Positions 33,689 to 42,432 of a DNA stretch of 63,222 nt are shown piece after piece. Where the stretch lies: NCBI GenBank assembly GCA_025057955.1, contig JANXER010000005.1, positions 1 to 63,222 on the forward strand, read 5' to 3'. A program made the translations under genes and the position numbers. The DNA comes from Candidatus Methanomethylicaceae archaeon. Lineage in GTDB: Archaea; Thermoproteota; Methanomethylicia; Methanomethylicales; Methanomethylicaceae. The notes under the pieces were generated by a model, which was not told where the DNA came from, did no database searches, and worked only from the letters and a program-made list of their open reading frames with translations. The stretch's first letter is position 1; each line of letters begins with the position of its first letter.

Positions 33689-35720
33689 ATGAAAATTCCA
33701 GGGATGTTCTACATCACATTATCCTTTATTCCATGGATTATTTATTGGACTCTCTGCAGTTTGGAATCACATCTTGGCATTATCATTCCCTTAATTATTT
33801 CATTTATTCTAGTAGCCCCTCAAATAGAATGGAAGAATTATAATCTAATGAATTTTATCTCCTTAGCATATTTTAGCTTAGCTTGGATGAGCACTTTCCT
33901 ATTTAAATTCGAGTTTTCATTGAGCAAAGTGGATTTGCTGGATATCTTTATTTATCATATCAGCCCTTTCCATAGCCATTAAACAACCCTTTGCGCTTAT
34001 TGTTTCTAGAAGGGATTGGCCTAAGAGCTATTGGAAAGAGAGATCCTTTCTTTTTATCAACAATATAATTTCAGCAGTTTGGATGCTAATATTTTTGATC
34101 AATTCAATGCTTTTTATAATCCTAACATCTCCCTATGAATTGATTCTCTCAAATTTTTTAGTTGTTTTTGGAATAATTTTCTCAATAGTTTTTCCAATCA
34201 AGGCTCCTACATACTTTGTTATAAAGGAGTATGTCAAGCCATTTGAGAGATTCGATTGGAGGATTGAAACTAAAAGTGAATATGATGTTATAATTATAGG
34301 GGCTGGAATTGGAGGATTAACTTGCGGCTCTATTCTTGCCAAGAGGGGTTATAAAGTTCTTATCCTAGAGCAACATTATCGAGGCTTTTGCTCATCTTTC
34401 GAAAGAGGGAATTTCATCTTTAATGCTGGTGTTGAGGATGTAAGTGGCTTATGGGAAAGAGGAACTATATCTTTCCTATTGAGGGAGATTGGATTAAATA
34501 AAGATGATTTGTTTGTAAAGAATACTGTAAGGTATATATTCAAGGGAAGGAGCATTGAAGCAAAAAATCTGGATGATTATATAAGAATTCTTTCAGAAAT
34601 ATTTCCACATGAGAGTAAAAATATAGTGGCTTTTTTTGATGATGCCAGAAGAGCTTACATGGAATGTTATAGCAATGTTGATTATTATGGTGCGCCTTTT
34701 CCTCCGGAGATTATTACTAAAATTTTCGGTGTAAGAAAGCTTGTGAATTATCCAAGAGAGCATCCTTACTTCTATGATTGGCTTGGAAAAAGCTATAGGC
34801 AAAAACTTGAGTATTTTACTGATGAGGATTTAGAGGAGTTTTTATGTGCTCTACTATCCTATCTTGGAACAACTCCTGAAAGAGCTTCAGCTTCAGCAGC
34901 TCTTACAGCAAGTCTATCCTATTATTTACATGGAGGCTATTTTCCAAGAGGAGGAGCACAGAGATATGCAGAAACTCTCAAAAATGTTATTGAGAGATAT
35001 GGTGGAAAAGTTCTGTTAAGGCATAGAGTAGATAAAATAATTGTAGAAGAAGGAGTGGTAAAAGGGGTTAAGGTTGGAGAAAAAATCTTTCAAAGCTCCA
35101 TTGTTGTTTCAAATGCTAATGCTAAAACCACATTTCTAAAACTCATTGGAGAGGAAAATTTGGATAGAGAATTCATTAATTATATCAAGGGATTAAAGAT
35201 GTCTCCATCATGTTTCATGGTATTTTTAGGTGTTAACTTAGATTTATCCAATTATCCCACCATAATTAAAAACTTGGATGATGGATATGAAATGGTTATC
35301 AACTCTAATGCAGATCCAAATTTGGCACCCAAGGGAAAATCAAGCATTACAATTTTAACTTATGCTAATTATTATGACTTTCCAGAAAGAGGAACTGAGG
35401 AATACTTGAAAAAGAAGCGTGAGATTACTGAAAAGTTAATTCAGAAAGCTGAGAAAGTAATTCCAGGATTAAGTAAGCATATAATTGTTCAAGATGCTGC
35501 AACTCCAAAAACCTTCGAAAGATATACCTCAATGCCCGAGGGAGCAATTTACGCCTTTGATCAATCAATAGATGTAAAGAGACCATACTTCAAAACTCCG
35601 ATAAAGGGATTATATCTTGTGGGAGCATCCACTTTTCCAGGAGGAGGAATAGAGGGTGTTACAATATCGGGAATAATATGTGCAAATGATATATGTGGTT
35701 GGAAAAAAAGGCCTGATTGA
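33689..35720 (+). pseudogene. Frameshifted FAD-dependent oxidoreductase (phytoene-desaturase/CrtI-like) with an N-terminal membrane domain
   Basis: ORFs 33689-33982 and 34083-35720 join through two frame switches near 33910 and 33945. DVIIIGAGIGGL Rossmann motif, TPKTFERY, GLYLVGASTFPGGG. Confidence 0.7.
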
Positions 35721-36124
35721 AATATCATGAGTATAAGTAGAGTGAGAACATTAAGTCCATAGAGAGGAATTAAGGCACATAAATGGATCAATTAGGAATT
35801 TTTTAGGTCTAATAGCAGGGTTTTTAGCCCAAAACTCATATGTGAAGCCCTCGACCCTTATATATAGAATTTCCTTCCTAATAGGCCCCTCCAATTTAAA
35901 TATTCAACTCTTATACGTTAATCTCCTATAACTCATTTAATTTCCCTACTTTGGCAAAAAGTGAGCATAAAAAATCACTAATATCATTTTTAAATTGAAT
36001 TAAGTTTTTAACATTGAATTCTGAGCTTTTTAACTCTTGCTAAATCAATATATAATTGTTCAATTGATTAAATAAAGCATCCCTAATAGGCTTAATATCA
36101 AAAGAGCTAGATATTATAATTCTA

Positions 36125-36202
<78 letters not shown>

Positions 36203-36305
36203 ACTTTATTAAATTGAGAAAGTGCTCCTTTTTTAAGTTTTTGAGGAAAATTTTATGAACAAATTTAATATTTTTTCTCACCATAATTTTACTAGGGATT
36301 AAAAG

Positions 36306-36803
36306 ATGATTGATGACTTAGAACTACTCATAAAAGAAATCATTGAAAATTATAATAGAACTCCAAAAGGTTGGAGATTTCTATCAGACTATAAAGGAAA
36401 TGTTGTTATTATAGGGCCTGATGTAAGCTATCAATTTAAAATTATGATGATTAATCCAAGCGAAAGTATTGGTGTTGGTGCAAGAATTTCAAACTCCGAA
36501 TCCTTAAATAAACTAACTGCTAAAGAGTTCGATTCTGGCTTTAGAGCTATTGATGAGTCAAAATTTCATGCTTTAATCTCTGGCAAAATTTCCGAGGAAT
36601 TAATATTAGAGCTATTGAAGAAGGATCCATCTCCATTGAATGAGCTTGAGAAAAGTAGAGCTATCCTTGGAGGCCCAATATTCTCTCATCCTGATATAAG
36701 AATGTTATCAAAATCTCAACAGGAACTTGAGAGCAAGCTTGCTATTGAACTCAATAAACTATTTAGGAGAAAATATCCACATAGGGCAAATATCTATTGG
36801 TGA
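36306..36803 (+). CDS. Hypothetical protein, first gene of a five-gene operon
   Basis: 165-aa ORF; its stop overlaps the next start. Confidence 0.75.
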   Translation: MIDDLELLIKEIIENYNRTPKGWRFLSDYKGNVVIIGPDVSYQFKIMMINPSESIGVGARISNSESLNKLTAKEFDSGFRAIDESKFHALISGKISEELILELLKKDPSPLNELEKSRAILGGPIFSHPDIRMLSKSQQELESKLAIELNKLFRRKYPHRANIYW

Positions 36804-37093
36804 TTGACTTGAGGAATAAAATAAAGCTCTATAAGAGTTCTGATTGTTTAAAGTGCTCAGCAGCCAAGTTCATAATTCAGAGAATTCTAATAAGCAAAGG
36901 GTTTTCCTATAATGATTTTGTTGAAGAAAAGGATGTAAAAATGGATAGAGATGCCATGGCAGATTTGCTAATGTATGATACTATTAATATTCCATTGATT
37001 ATAATTGGCAATCGCATATTAAAGGATGAGGATGTTACAAAGGAACAATTAATAAAAGAGGCAATTGAGGAATGGTTAAAAAACCTCAATTGA
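36797..37093 (+). CDS. Glutaredoxin-like protein
   Basis: IKLY..SDCLKC (CxxC) and a cis-Pro-like NIPLIIIG; about 98 aa. Confidence 0.78.
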   Translation: MVIDLRNKIKLYKSSDCLKCSAAKFIIQRILISKGFSYNDFVEEKDVKMDRDAMADLLMYDTINIPLIIIGNRILKDEDVTKEQLIKEAIEEWLKNLN

Positions 37094-37239
37094 TGTGCAA
37101 GGATTGTGAATATTGGTATGGAGCTGATGATAATGATTATGGACCTTGTAGCATAAAACATGCGAGAGGAGATAAAAAATTTATTACACATGGCTTTCAT
37201 GAGTGTGATGAATTTGAATATAAGATTAGCAATGCGTGA
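37093..37239 (+). CDS. Small Cys/His-rich putative metal-binding protein, 48 aa (not in the ORF track)
   Basis: MCKDCEYWYGADDNDYGPCSIKHARGDKKFITHGFHECDEFEYKISNA*; the ATG overlaps the upstream TGA (TGATG). Confidence 0.72.
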   Translation: MCKDCEYWYGADDNDYGPCSIKHARGDKKFITHGFHECDEFEYKISNA

Positions 37240-37984
37240 AGATTATGAAGAACTTTTAGAACTCTCAAATGAAGCTGAATGGAATTATGAAATTGAGGAT
37301 TTTGTTTTAATGAATGAATCTGGAATATCCAAAATTTTAGTGGTTGAGAGATCTAATGCTATAGAGAAATCTGATATTATTGGAATGATTACAATATTTG
37401 ATTACGGTCAAATAGGTTGGATATCAAATTTAATAGTTAGGGAGAATTGGCGAAGAAAGGGAATAGGAAGTTTATTGCTTAGAGAAGCTTTGAAATTACT
37501 AAATGGTAAGAAAACCATCGCTCTATTTTCAAAGCAAGAATCCATAGGGTTCTATTTAAAAAATGGATTTAAAATTGATAGAGAGTTCTATTTCGTGAGG
37601 TTTAATGGTAATGGTAAGGAATATGAAAACCTTATAGGAGATTGGGATGAGGATATTTACATTATGGATCGCTTTTGCTTTGGCTATGATAGGAAGCCGC
37701 TGTTAAAGCTGATGATGAGCCGTGGATATATTATTAAGAGAAATAGAGAGTTTGCAATCATTCGTCCAAGCCCTAAGGAGAGCACAATTGGTCCAGTAAT
37801 ATCTAATAATGAATCCTTTCTTTTTATTGCCATGGCCTCTTCTGGCAAAGGATCAGTGGCGGTTACTACTACTTATTATGATTTTGTGGATATTATATAC
37901 AAAGTTTATAGAATGTATTTAGGAGAACCTCCATATACATATTACCCACTTGTTAAAGCCTTTGCAGGATTAGAGTATGGGTAG
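37208..37984 (+). CDS. GNAT-family N-acetyltransferase with a second C-terminal domain
   Basis: IRLA, ISNLIVRENWRRKGIGSLLL acetyl-CoA motif, FYLKNGF; C-terminal D..CFGYDR region. Confidence 0.88.
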   Translation: MNLNIRLAMREDYEELLELSNEAEWNYEIEDFVLMNESGISKILVVERSNAIEKSDIIGMITIFDYGQIGWISNLIVRENWRRKGIGSLLLREALKLLNGKKTIALFSKQESIGFYLKNGFKIDREFYFVRFNGNGKEYENLIGDWDEDIYIMDRFCFGYDRKPLLKLMMSRGYIIKRNREFAIIRPSPKESTIGPVISNNESFLFIAMASSGKGSVAVTTTYYDFVDIIYKVYRMYLGEPPYTYYPLVKAFAGLEYG

Positions 37985-37986
37985 GT

Positions 37987-39117
37987 GTGAATATGTTAAT
38001 ATTCAATACTAGAACTCAAAATAAGGAGGAATTCATTCCAAGTGAGCCAAGTAAGGTTAAGATATATGTATGTGGCCCCACAGTTTATGATCTTTGCCAT
38101 ATAGGTCATGCGAGAAGCTATGTTTGCTTTGATGTATTAAAACGATATCTTATTGAACTGGGCTATAGAGTAGTTCATATTCAAAATTTCACGGATATAG
38201 ATGATAAAATTTTTGAAAGAGCGAGAAGAGAAGGGGTTAGTTCAAGCGAAATTTCAGAAAGATATATAAATGAATACTTTAAGGATATGGATGCACTTAA
38301 TATAATGAGAGCCAGCAAATATACTAGAGTAACAGAATATTTACAGAAAATTGTTGAAATTGTTGAAAAGCTATTGAACTCTGGCTATGCATATCGCTAT
38401 GGCAATGAGATATACTTTGATGTAGAAGCTTCTGGTGGTTTTGGTGAATTAATTAAAAATGTAGAAGAATTCATAGTGGATAGCATAAAAGTGGAAGGTA
38501 AGAGAAAACCATTTGACTTTGTTCTATGGAAATTTGATGAAAATGGCTTTAATAGTAAGATTGGAAGAGGATTTCCAGGATGGCATGCTGAATGTGTAGT
38601 AATGTCCATGGAAAATCTAGGAAATGAAATAGATATACATTGGGGAGGAAAAGATTTAATTTATCCTCATCATGAATGTGAATCTTTAATAGCCAAAGCT
38701 TTAGTAGGAAAGAGATTTGTAAAGTATTGGATGCATAATGGTTTAGTATTGCTTGAAGGCAGAAAGATGTCTAAATCCTCCTCAAAAATATACATAAGAG
38801 AAATTTTAAAGTACTATCCTGCGCCTGTTTTAAGAATGTGGATTTTATCAAAACATTATAGGAGGGATTTGAGCTTCTCTGAGGAAGATTTAAACACAGC
38901 TTGGAAGAAATATGAGAAAATAAAAAGAGCAGCTAAAAAAGCTGGGGATGAAGAGAACTCTAAGACAAAGGAATATATTCAAGAGTTCCTTTCAGCAATG
39001 AATGATGATATGAATACGGAAAAAGCCATTGAAGTAGTGGAGGAATTTTCTGAGAAAAATTTGCATGGATTAAGGTTATATAAAATCTTTGAGAGAGTTC
39101 TTGGAATAGAATTATAA
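37987..39117 (+). CDS. cysS: Cysteinyl-tRNA synthetase homologue, short (376 aa), apparently lacking the C-terminal anticodon-binding domain
   Basis: YVCGPTVY, HIGH, NFTDIDDKI, DFVLWK, PGWHAEC, PHHECE, KMSKS; ends soon after AMNDDMNT. Confidence 0.85.
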   Translation: MNMLIFNTRTQNKEEFIPSEPSKVKIYVCGPTVYDLCHIGHARSYVCFDVLKRYLIELGYRVVHIQNFTDIDDKIFERARREGVSSSEISERYINEYFKDMDALNIMRASKYTRVTEYLQKIVEIVEKLLNSGYAYRYGNEIYFDVEASGGFGELIKNVEEFIVDSIKVEGKRKPFDFVLWKFDENGFNSKIGRGFPGWHAECVVMSMENLGNEIDIHWGGKDLIYPHHECESLIAKALVGKRFVKYWMHNGLVLLEGRKMSKSSSKIYIREILKYYPAPVLRMWILSKHYRRDLSFSEEDLNTAWKKYEKIKRAAKKAGDEENSKTKEYIQEFLSAMNDDMNTEKAIEVVEEFSEKNLHGLRLYKIFERVLGIEL

Positions 39118-40698
39118 AACGCTCTTTAAGCGGCTTAAAAGCCAATCTCTATCCAATGCCATAAGCAATGGAGCTAATCTTGGTCCTTTATCAGAACCAA
39201 GAATTATTTTATATATTATACTAAAGGCTCTTCCAACCTCAAGTCCATATGCTCTTGCAGTATTGAAGATTTCATTTTGAAGTTCATTCTCTGATAAATC
39301 CCTCTCTATTAAAAGAATCAAACTTCTTATGAATTCCTTTTCCTCTTGGCTCGGTCTATATATGGGCTTTTCCATTGAAATTTTGAACTTAATATTTTCA
39401 GGTGCATAGAGCTCAAGCCATCTCTTAGCCATCTTCAATCTTCTCTTTGCATCTTCTATATCTTCATTCGATGGTTGAACTCCACTAAGCTTCTTCAAAT
39501 AATCTATTGTTTTCTTCAAAATCTTTTCCATTTCAAGGAGATTTTCCAATTGAACCATTATTATACAATATCTATAGGGTAATCTAATGGGAGGTCTACT
39601 TGGAATATTGCTCATAATACATAATTCATATAAATCCTTATAATATTGAAAATTCTCTTCAGATGATAATTTTTCCAAACCAAAGTATATCCTTTCAAGT
39701 CTATCAAATCCATCCACTATATCAGGAATGCGCTCTGGAAGAAATTCTATATGGCGCATTGGATCGACGTTTAAAATCATAAATCTCATGGCCTCAGGGG
39801 GGGCAATTTCAAGCCATTCTTTAGGAGTAAAGGTTATTCCTTTATGAGTTTTCATGGCTTTTCCACCTAGAGTTAACCATTCATATGGAACCTTCAGCGG
39901 TCCTTTATAGCCGAATAATTTTGAACAAACCTCTAAGGCCATATCATAAGCTCCACCCTTAACACAATGATCTTTTCCAGCTGGTTCGCAGCTCACATTG
40001 AATATAGCCCATTTAGCTGCCCAATCCACCCTCCAGCTCAGTTTGAGCTGTAAATCAGAAATTCTTCCAATTCCTTCATAACCACATACTAAACATCTAT
40101 ATTTTGCTAAATCTCTATCTAAATTCCACCAATCAAGCTTATTGGGTGAAACTTCCTTCTCCTTTGAAGCAATTTTTCCACAGTTTTCGCATACAACCAT
40201 TACTGGATTCCAATCCTCTTCATTTCCAATATACTTATTCCTTATTTCCTTTATTAATTCCAAATTTTTGAGAACAATTCTTATGGCATTTTTCATTTCC
40301 TTTCTTCTATAAAGTTCATGAGCATATATTATGTTTGGATTTACTCCAAGCTCATCTTGATATTGAATAAATTCCTCAGAGAAATGAACGGCATAGCTTT
40401 CATGACAGCCATAAGGATCTGGCACTTGTGAAAGTGGTCTTCCAATGTTTTCTTCAAATCCCTTTGGAATTTCCAATCCTACTGGTATAGATTTCAATGG
40501 ATCATAGGAGTCAATTATAAAATTGAATATGGATTCATAACCTCTATTCTTAAGCTCTCTTTGAATGGCACTACATATGAATTGTTCCCTCTCAGCGCCT
40601 ATGTGTATTGGTCCCGAGGGGGTTTTTCCAGTATGTATAACTATTTGTGGATCATTTCTAGCTAGAATTTCATCCACAATTCTCTTTATCCAATGCAT
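39112..40698 (-). CDS. lysS: Class I lysyl-tRNA synthetase
   Basis: MHW, TPSGPIHIG, KLSWRVDWAAKW, EPAGKDH, KAMKTHKG, GPRLAP. Confidence 0.95.
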   Translation of the reverse strand: MHWIKRIVDEILARNDPQIVIHTGKTPSGPIHIGAEREQFICSAIQRELKNRGYESIFNFIIDSYDPLKSIPVGLEIPKGFEENIGRPLSQVPDPYGCHESYAVHFSEEFIQYQDELGVNPNIIYAHELYRRKEMKNAIRIVLKNLELIKEIRNKYIGNEEDWNPVMVVCENCGKIASKEKEVSPNKLDWWNLDRDLAKYRCLVCGYEGIGRISDLQLKLSWRVDWAAKWAIFNVSCEPAGKDHCVKGGAYDMALEVCSKLFGYKGPLKVPYEWLTLGGKAMKTHKGITFTPKEWLEIAPPEAMRFMILNVDPMRHIEFLPERIPDIVDGFDRLERIYFGLEKLSSEENFQYYKDLYELCIMSNIPSRPPIRLPYRYCIIMVQLENLLEMEKILKKTIDYLKKLSGVQPSNEDIEDAKRRLKMAKRWLELYAPENIKFKISMEKPIYRPSQEEKEFIRSLILLIERDLSENELQNEIFNTARAYGLEVGRAFSIIYKIILGSDKGPRLAPLLMALDRDWLLSRLKSVL

Positions 40699-41382
40699 TT
40701 ACATCCCCAGCATTTTTCTTACTTCTTCACATCCTCCTCTTTCCTTAGCCGCTATAATTTTGAAAGCCGATATTCCCTTAGGAAGCACTTCCAGATCCCT
40801 TCCAGTACATTCCTTTATGATATCTCTTGCTGCAAATAATACCTCATCATTTATTTCAGCATCTGTTCTATCTGCCATATGTACTAATAAAGCTTCAATA
40901 GTTCTTGGCTCTATTGGACTAGATTTTCCATGATGAGCTATAACTGCATGTATAACCTCCAATGGAAACTTTCTCAAATATAATTCTCCAATAATTAATG
41001 ATAGATGATCTATTCTTTCACCTAGCTTTGATCTTTTGAATCTTCCATCTTCAGCTTGAATATATGTTATATATTTGAATACATCATGAAGAAGCGAAGC
41101 AGCAATTATGACATCCCTATTGATCTTCACATCATACATTTCCTCTAATATATCTGAAAGAGCAAGAGCTATTTTTGTGGTAGCCAAGGTATGAATTATA
41201 AGACCTCTTTCATAGGAATGATGTCTCCTTTTACTCGCTGGAGATTCCTCAAATTCTATAGAATCTTTAAAATCCATTAATAATGGTCTAGGATTCTTCA
41301 ATAATTCAATTACCTTCTCCCTTAGTTCATCATTCCTAATTTTTTCAGCAATTTTTATTAATTCTTCCATATCATTCCTCAT
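40699..41382 (-). CDS. HD-domain phosphohydrolase
   Basis: PAS..HH...GLIIHT, LLHD..K, HHG, P.TIEA..VHMAD. Confidence 0.9.
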   Translation of the reverse strand: MRNDMEELIKIAEKIRNDELREKVIELLKNPRPLLMDFKDSIEFEESPASKRRHHSYERGLIIHTLATTKIALALSDILEEMYDVKINRDVIIAASLLHDVFKYITYIQAEDGRFKRSKLGERIDHLSLIIGELYLRKFPLEVIHAVIAHHGKSSPIEPRTIEALLVHMADRTDAEINDEVLFAARDIIKECTGRDLEVLPKGISAFKIIAAKERGGCEEVRKMLGM

Positions 41383-41473
41383 AAAATTTTGGAGGTATTT
41401 TAGGATTTTGGACTCACACTTTTAATTCATGAGCGACAAGATTAAAACTCAGTTCTTTATAGAAATACTATGA

Positions 41474-41561
41474 GCGGGGATTCCCAAGCCAGGTCAAAGG
41501 GGTAGGACTGAGGCTCCTATGGCGTAGGCCTTCGTGGGTTCAAATCCCACTCCCCGCACCA
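41474..41561 (+). tRNA. tRNA-Leu(GAG), CCA encoded
   Basis: GCGGGGATTCCCAAG...TAGGA-CT-GAG-GC-TCCTA, long variable arm, GGTTCAAATCCCAC...CCCCGCACCA. Confidence 0.96.
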
Positions 41562-41565
41562 TTAT

Positions 41566-41865
41566 TCATATTAATTGTTTCAAGAATAATTTGTAAACCA
41601 TCAATACTATCACAGCTGGAATAAGCCCCATTGCTATAATAAATGCTAGATTTCCCAGAGGAAACTCCAATTCCATCGCTCTATTCCTTTCCGCTAAATT
41701 TTCATTAACGGAAGTTTTCATAGGCTCTTTCATAGGATCTGAGGGAATTTCCTGTAGAGTCCTCTGTTGTAGTACTATAAGCGGCATAGTCATTACTACT
41801 ATCCCCATTACCATAGCTATGATATAGAGCTTTATTCTCAATTTCATCAAGTATATTCTCTTCAA
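41566..41865 (-). CDS. Hypothetical two-TM membrane protein
   Basis: Hydrophobic segments at both ends flank a polar loop; lies 14 bp downstream of the wHTH gene. Confidence 0.65.
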   Translation of the reverse strand: MKRIYLMKLRIKLYIIAMVMGIVVMTMPLIVLQQRTLQEIPSDPMKEPMKTSVNENLAERNRAMELEFPLGNLAFIIAMGLIPAVIVLMVYKLFLKQLI

Positions 41866-41879
41866 AATTATATATTAAT

Positions 41880-42323
41880 CTACATTTTTGAACGGTTTTC
41901 AATAATGAGCTTTATGCTCTCGGCCCATAAAATTGCTGAAGATATAGTTCCAAATATTATGGCCACAATGTTATGTATGGACCAATCATGCTTGTAAAGC
42001 AATATATATGTAATCAACATACTCGTTATGAAGACAGCATAGAATATAAATCTCGGTATGAGAAATCTTCCAAATTTAACAAAAAACTTCATCACTCCAA
42101 CTTTAACATTTTGCACCAAAAAGTACTCTCCGCCATTTGTTTTTCCCACTAATCCTAGAGAAACTAATTTTTCCAGATGATATGCGGCCAGGCTTGGGCT
42201 TGAGAAATTTAGCTTCCTCTGAATCTCTCTTACGCCAACTTTTTCATCAGCCCTCTCAAGCAAATATCTATAGACTTTTAGAGTCTTTCCCCTTAGCTGC
42301 CCCTCTATATCTTTATCCCTCAT
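41880..42323 (-). CDS. Membrane-anchored winged-HTH transcription regulator
   Basis: LRGKTLKVY, GVREIQR.L..SSPSLA.YHL.KL..LGLV.K...GEY, followed by two TM helices. Confidence 0.82.
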   Translation of the reverse strand: MRDKDIEGQLRGKTLKVYRYLLERADEKVGVREIQRKLNFSSPSLAAYHLEKLVSLGLVGKTNGGEYFLVQNVKVGVMKFFVKFGRFLIPRFIFYAVFITSMLITYILLYKHDWSIHNIVAIIFGTISSAILWAESIKLIIENRSKM

Positions 42324-42357
42324 ATGGAATAACTTATAATTCTTTAATTAAAAAATT

Positions 42358-42376
42358 TGTTCGAAGCATTCGAACA
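42358..42376. promoter_or_regulatory. Perfect palindromic operator candidate TGTTCGAA-N3-TTCGAACA
   Basis: Lies in the 109-bp gap between the divergent wHTH and beta-propeller genes. Confidence 0.6.
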
Positions 42377-42432
42377 TCTGTCCTAAATTATAGGATTATC
42401 TTATTGCAATACAAAATTAATTTTGTGAAATC

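Noticed and set aside
33960..33985. In-frame TAG in the broken oxidoreductase considered as pyrrolysine read-through
   Set aside because: The protein-like sequence switches frame before this codon, so frameshifts explain it better.
35721..36000. Possible minus-strand coding remnant
   Set aside because: Fragmentary frames with no recognisable motif; cannot be assigned without a search.
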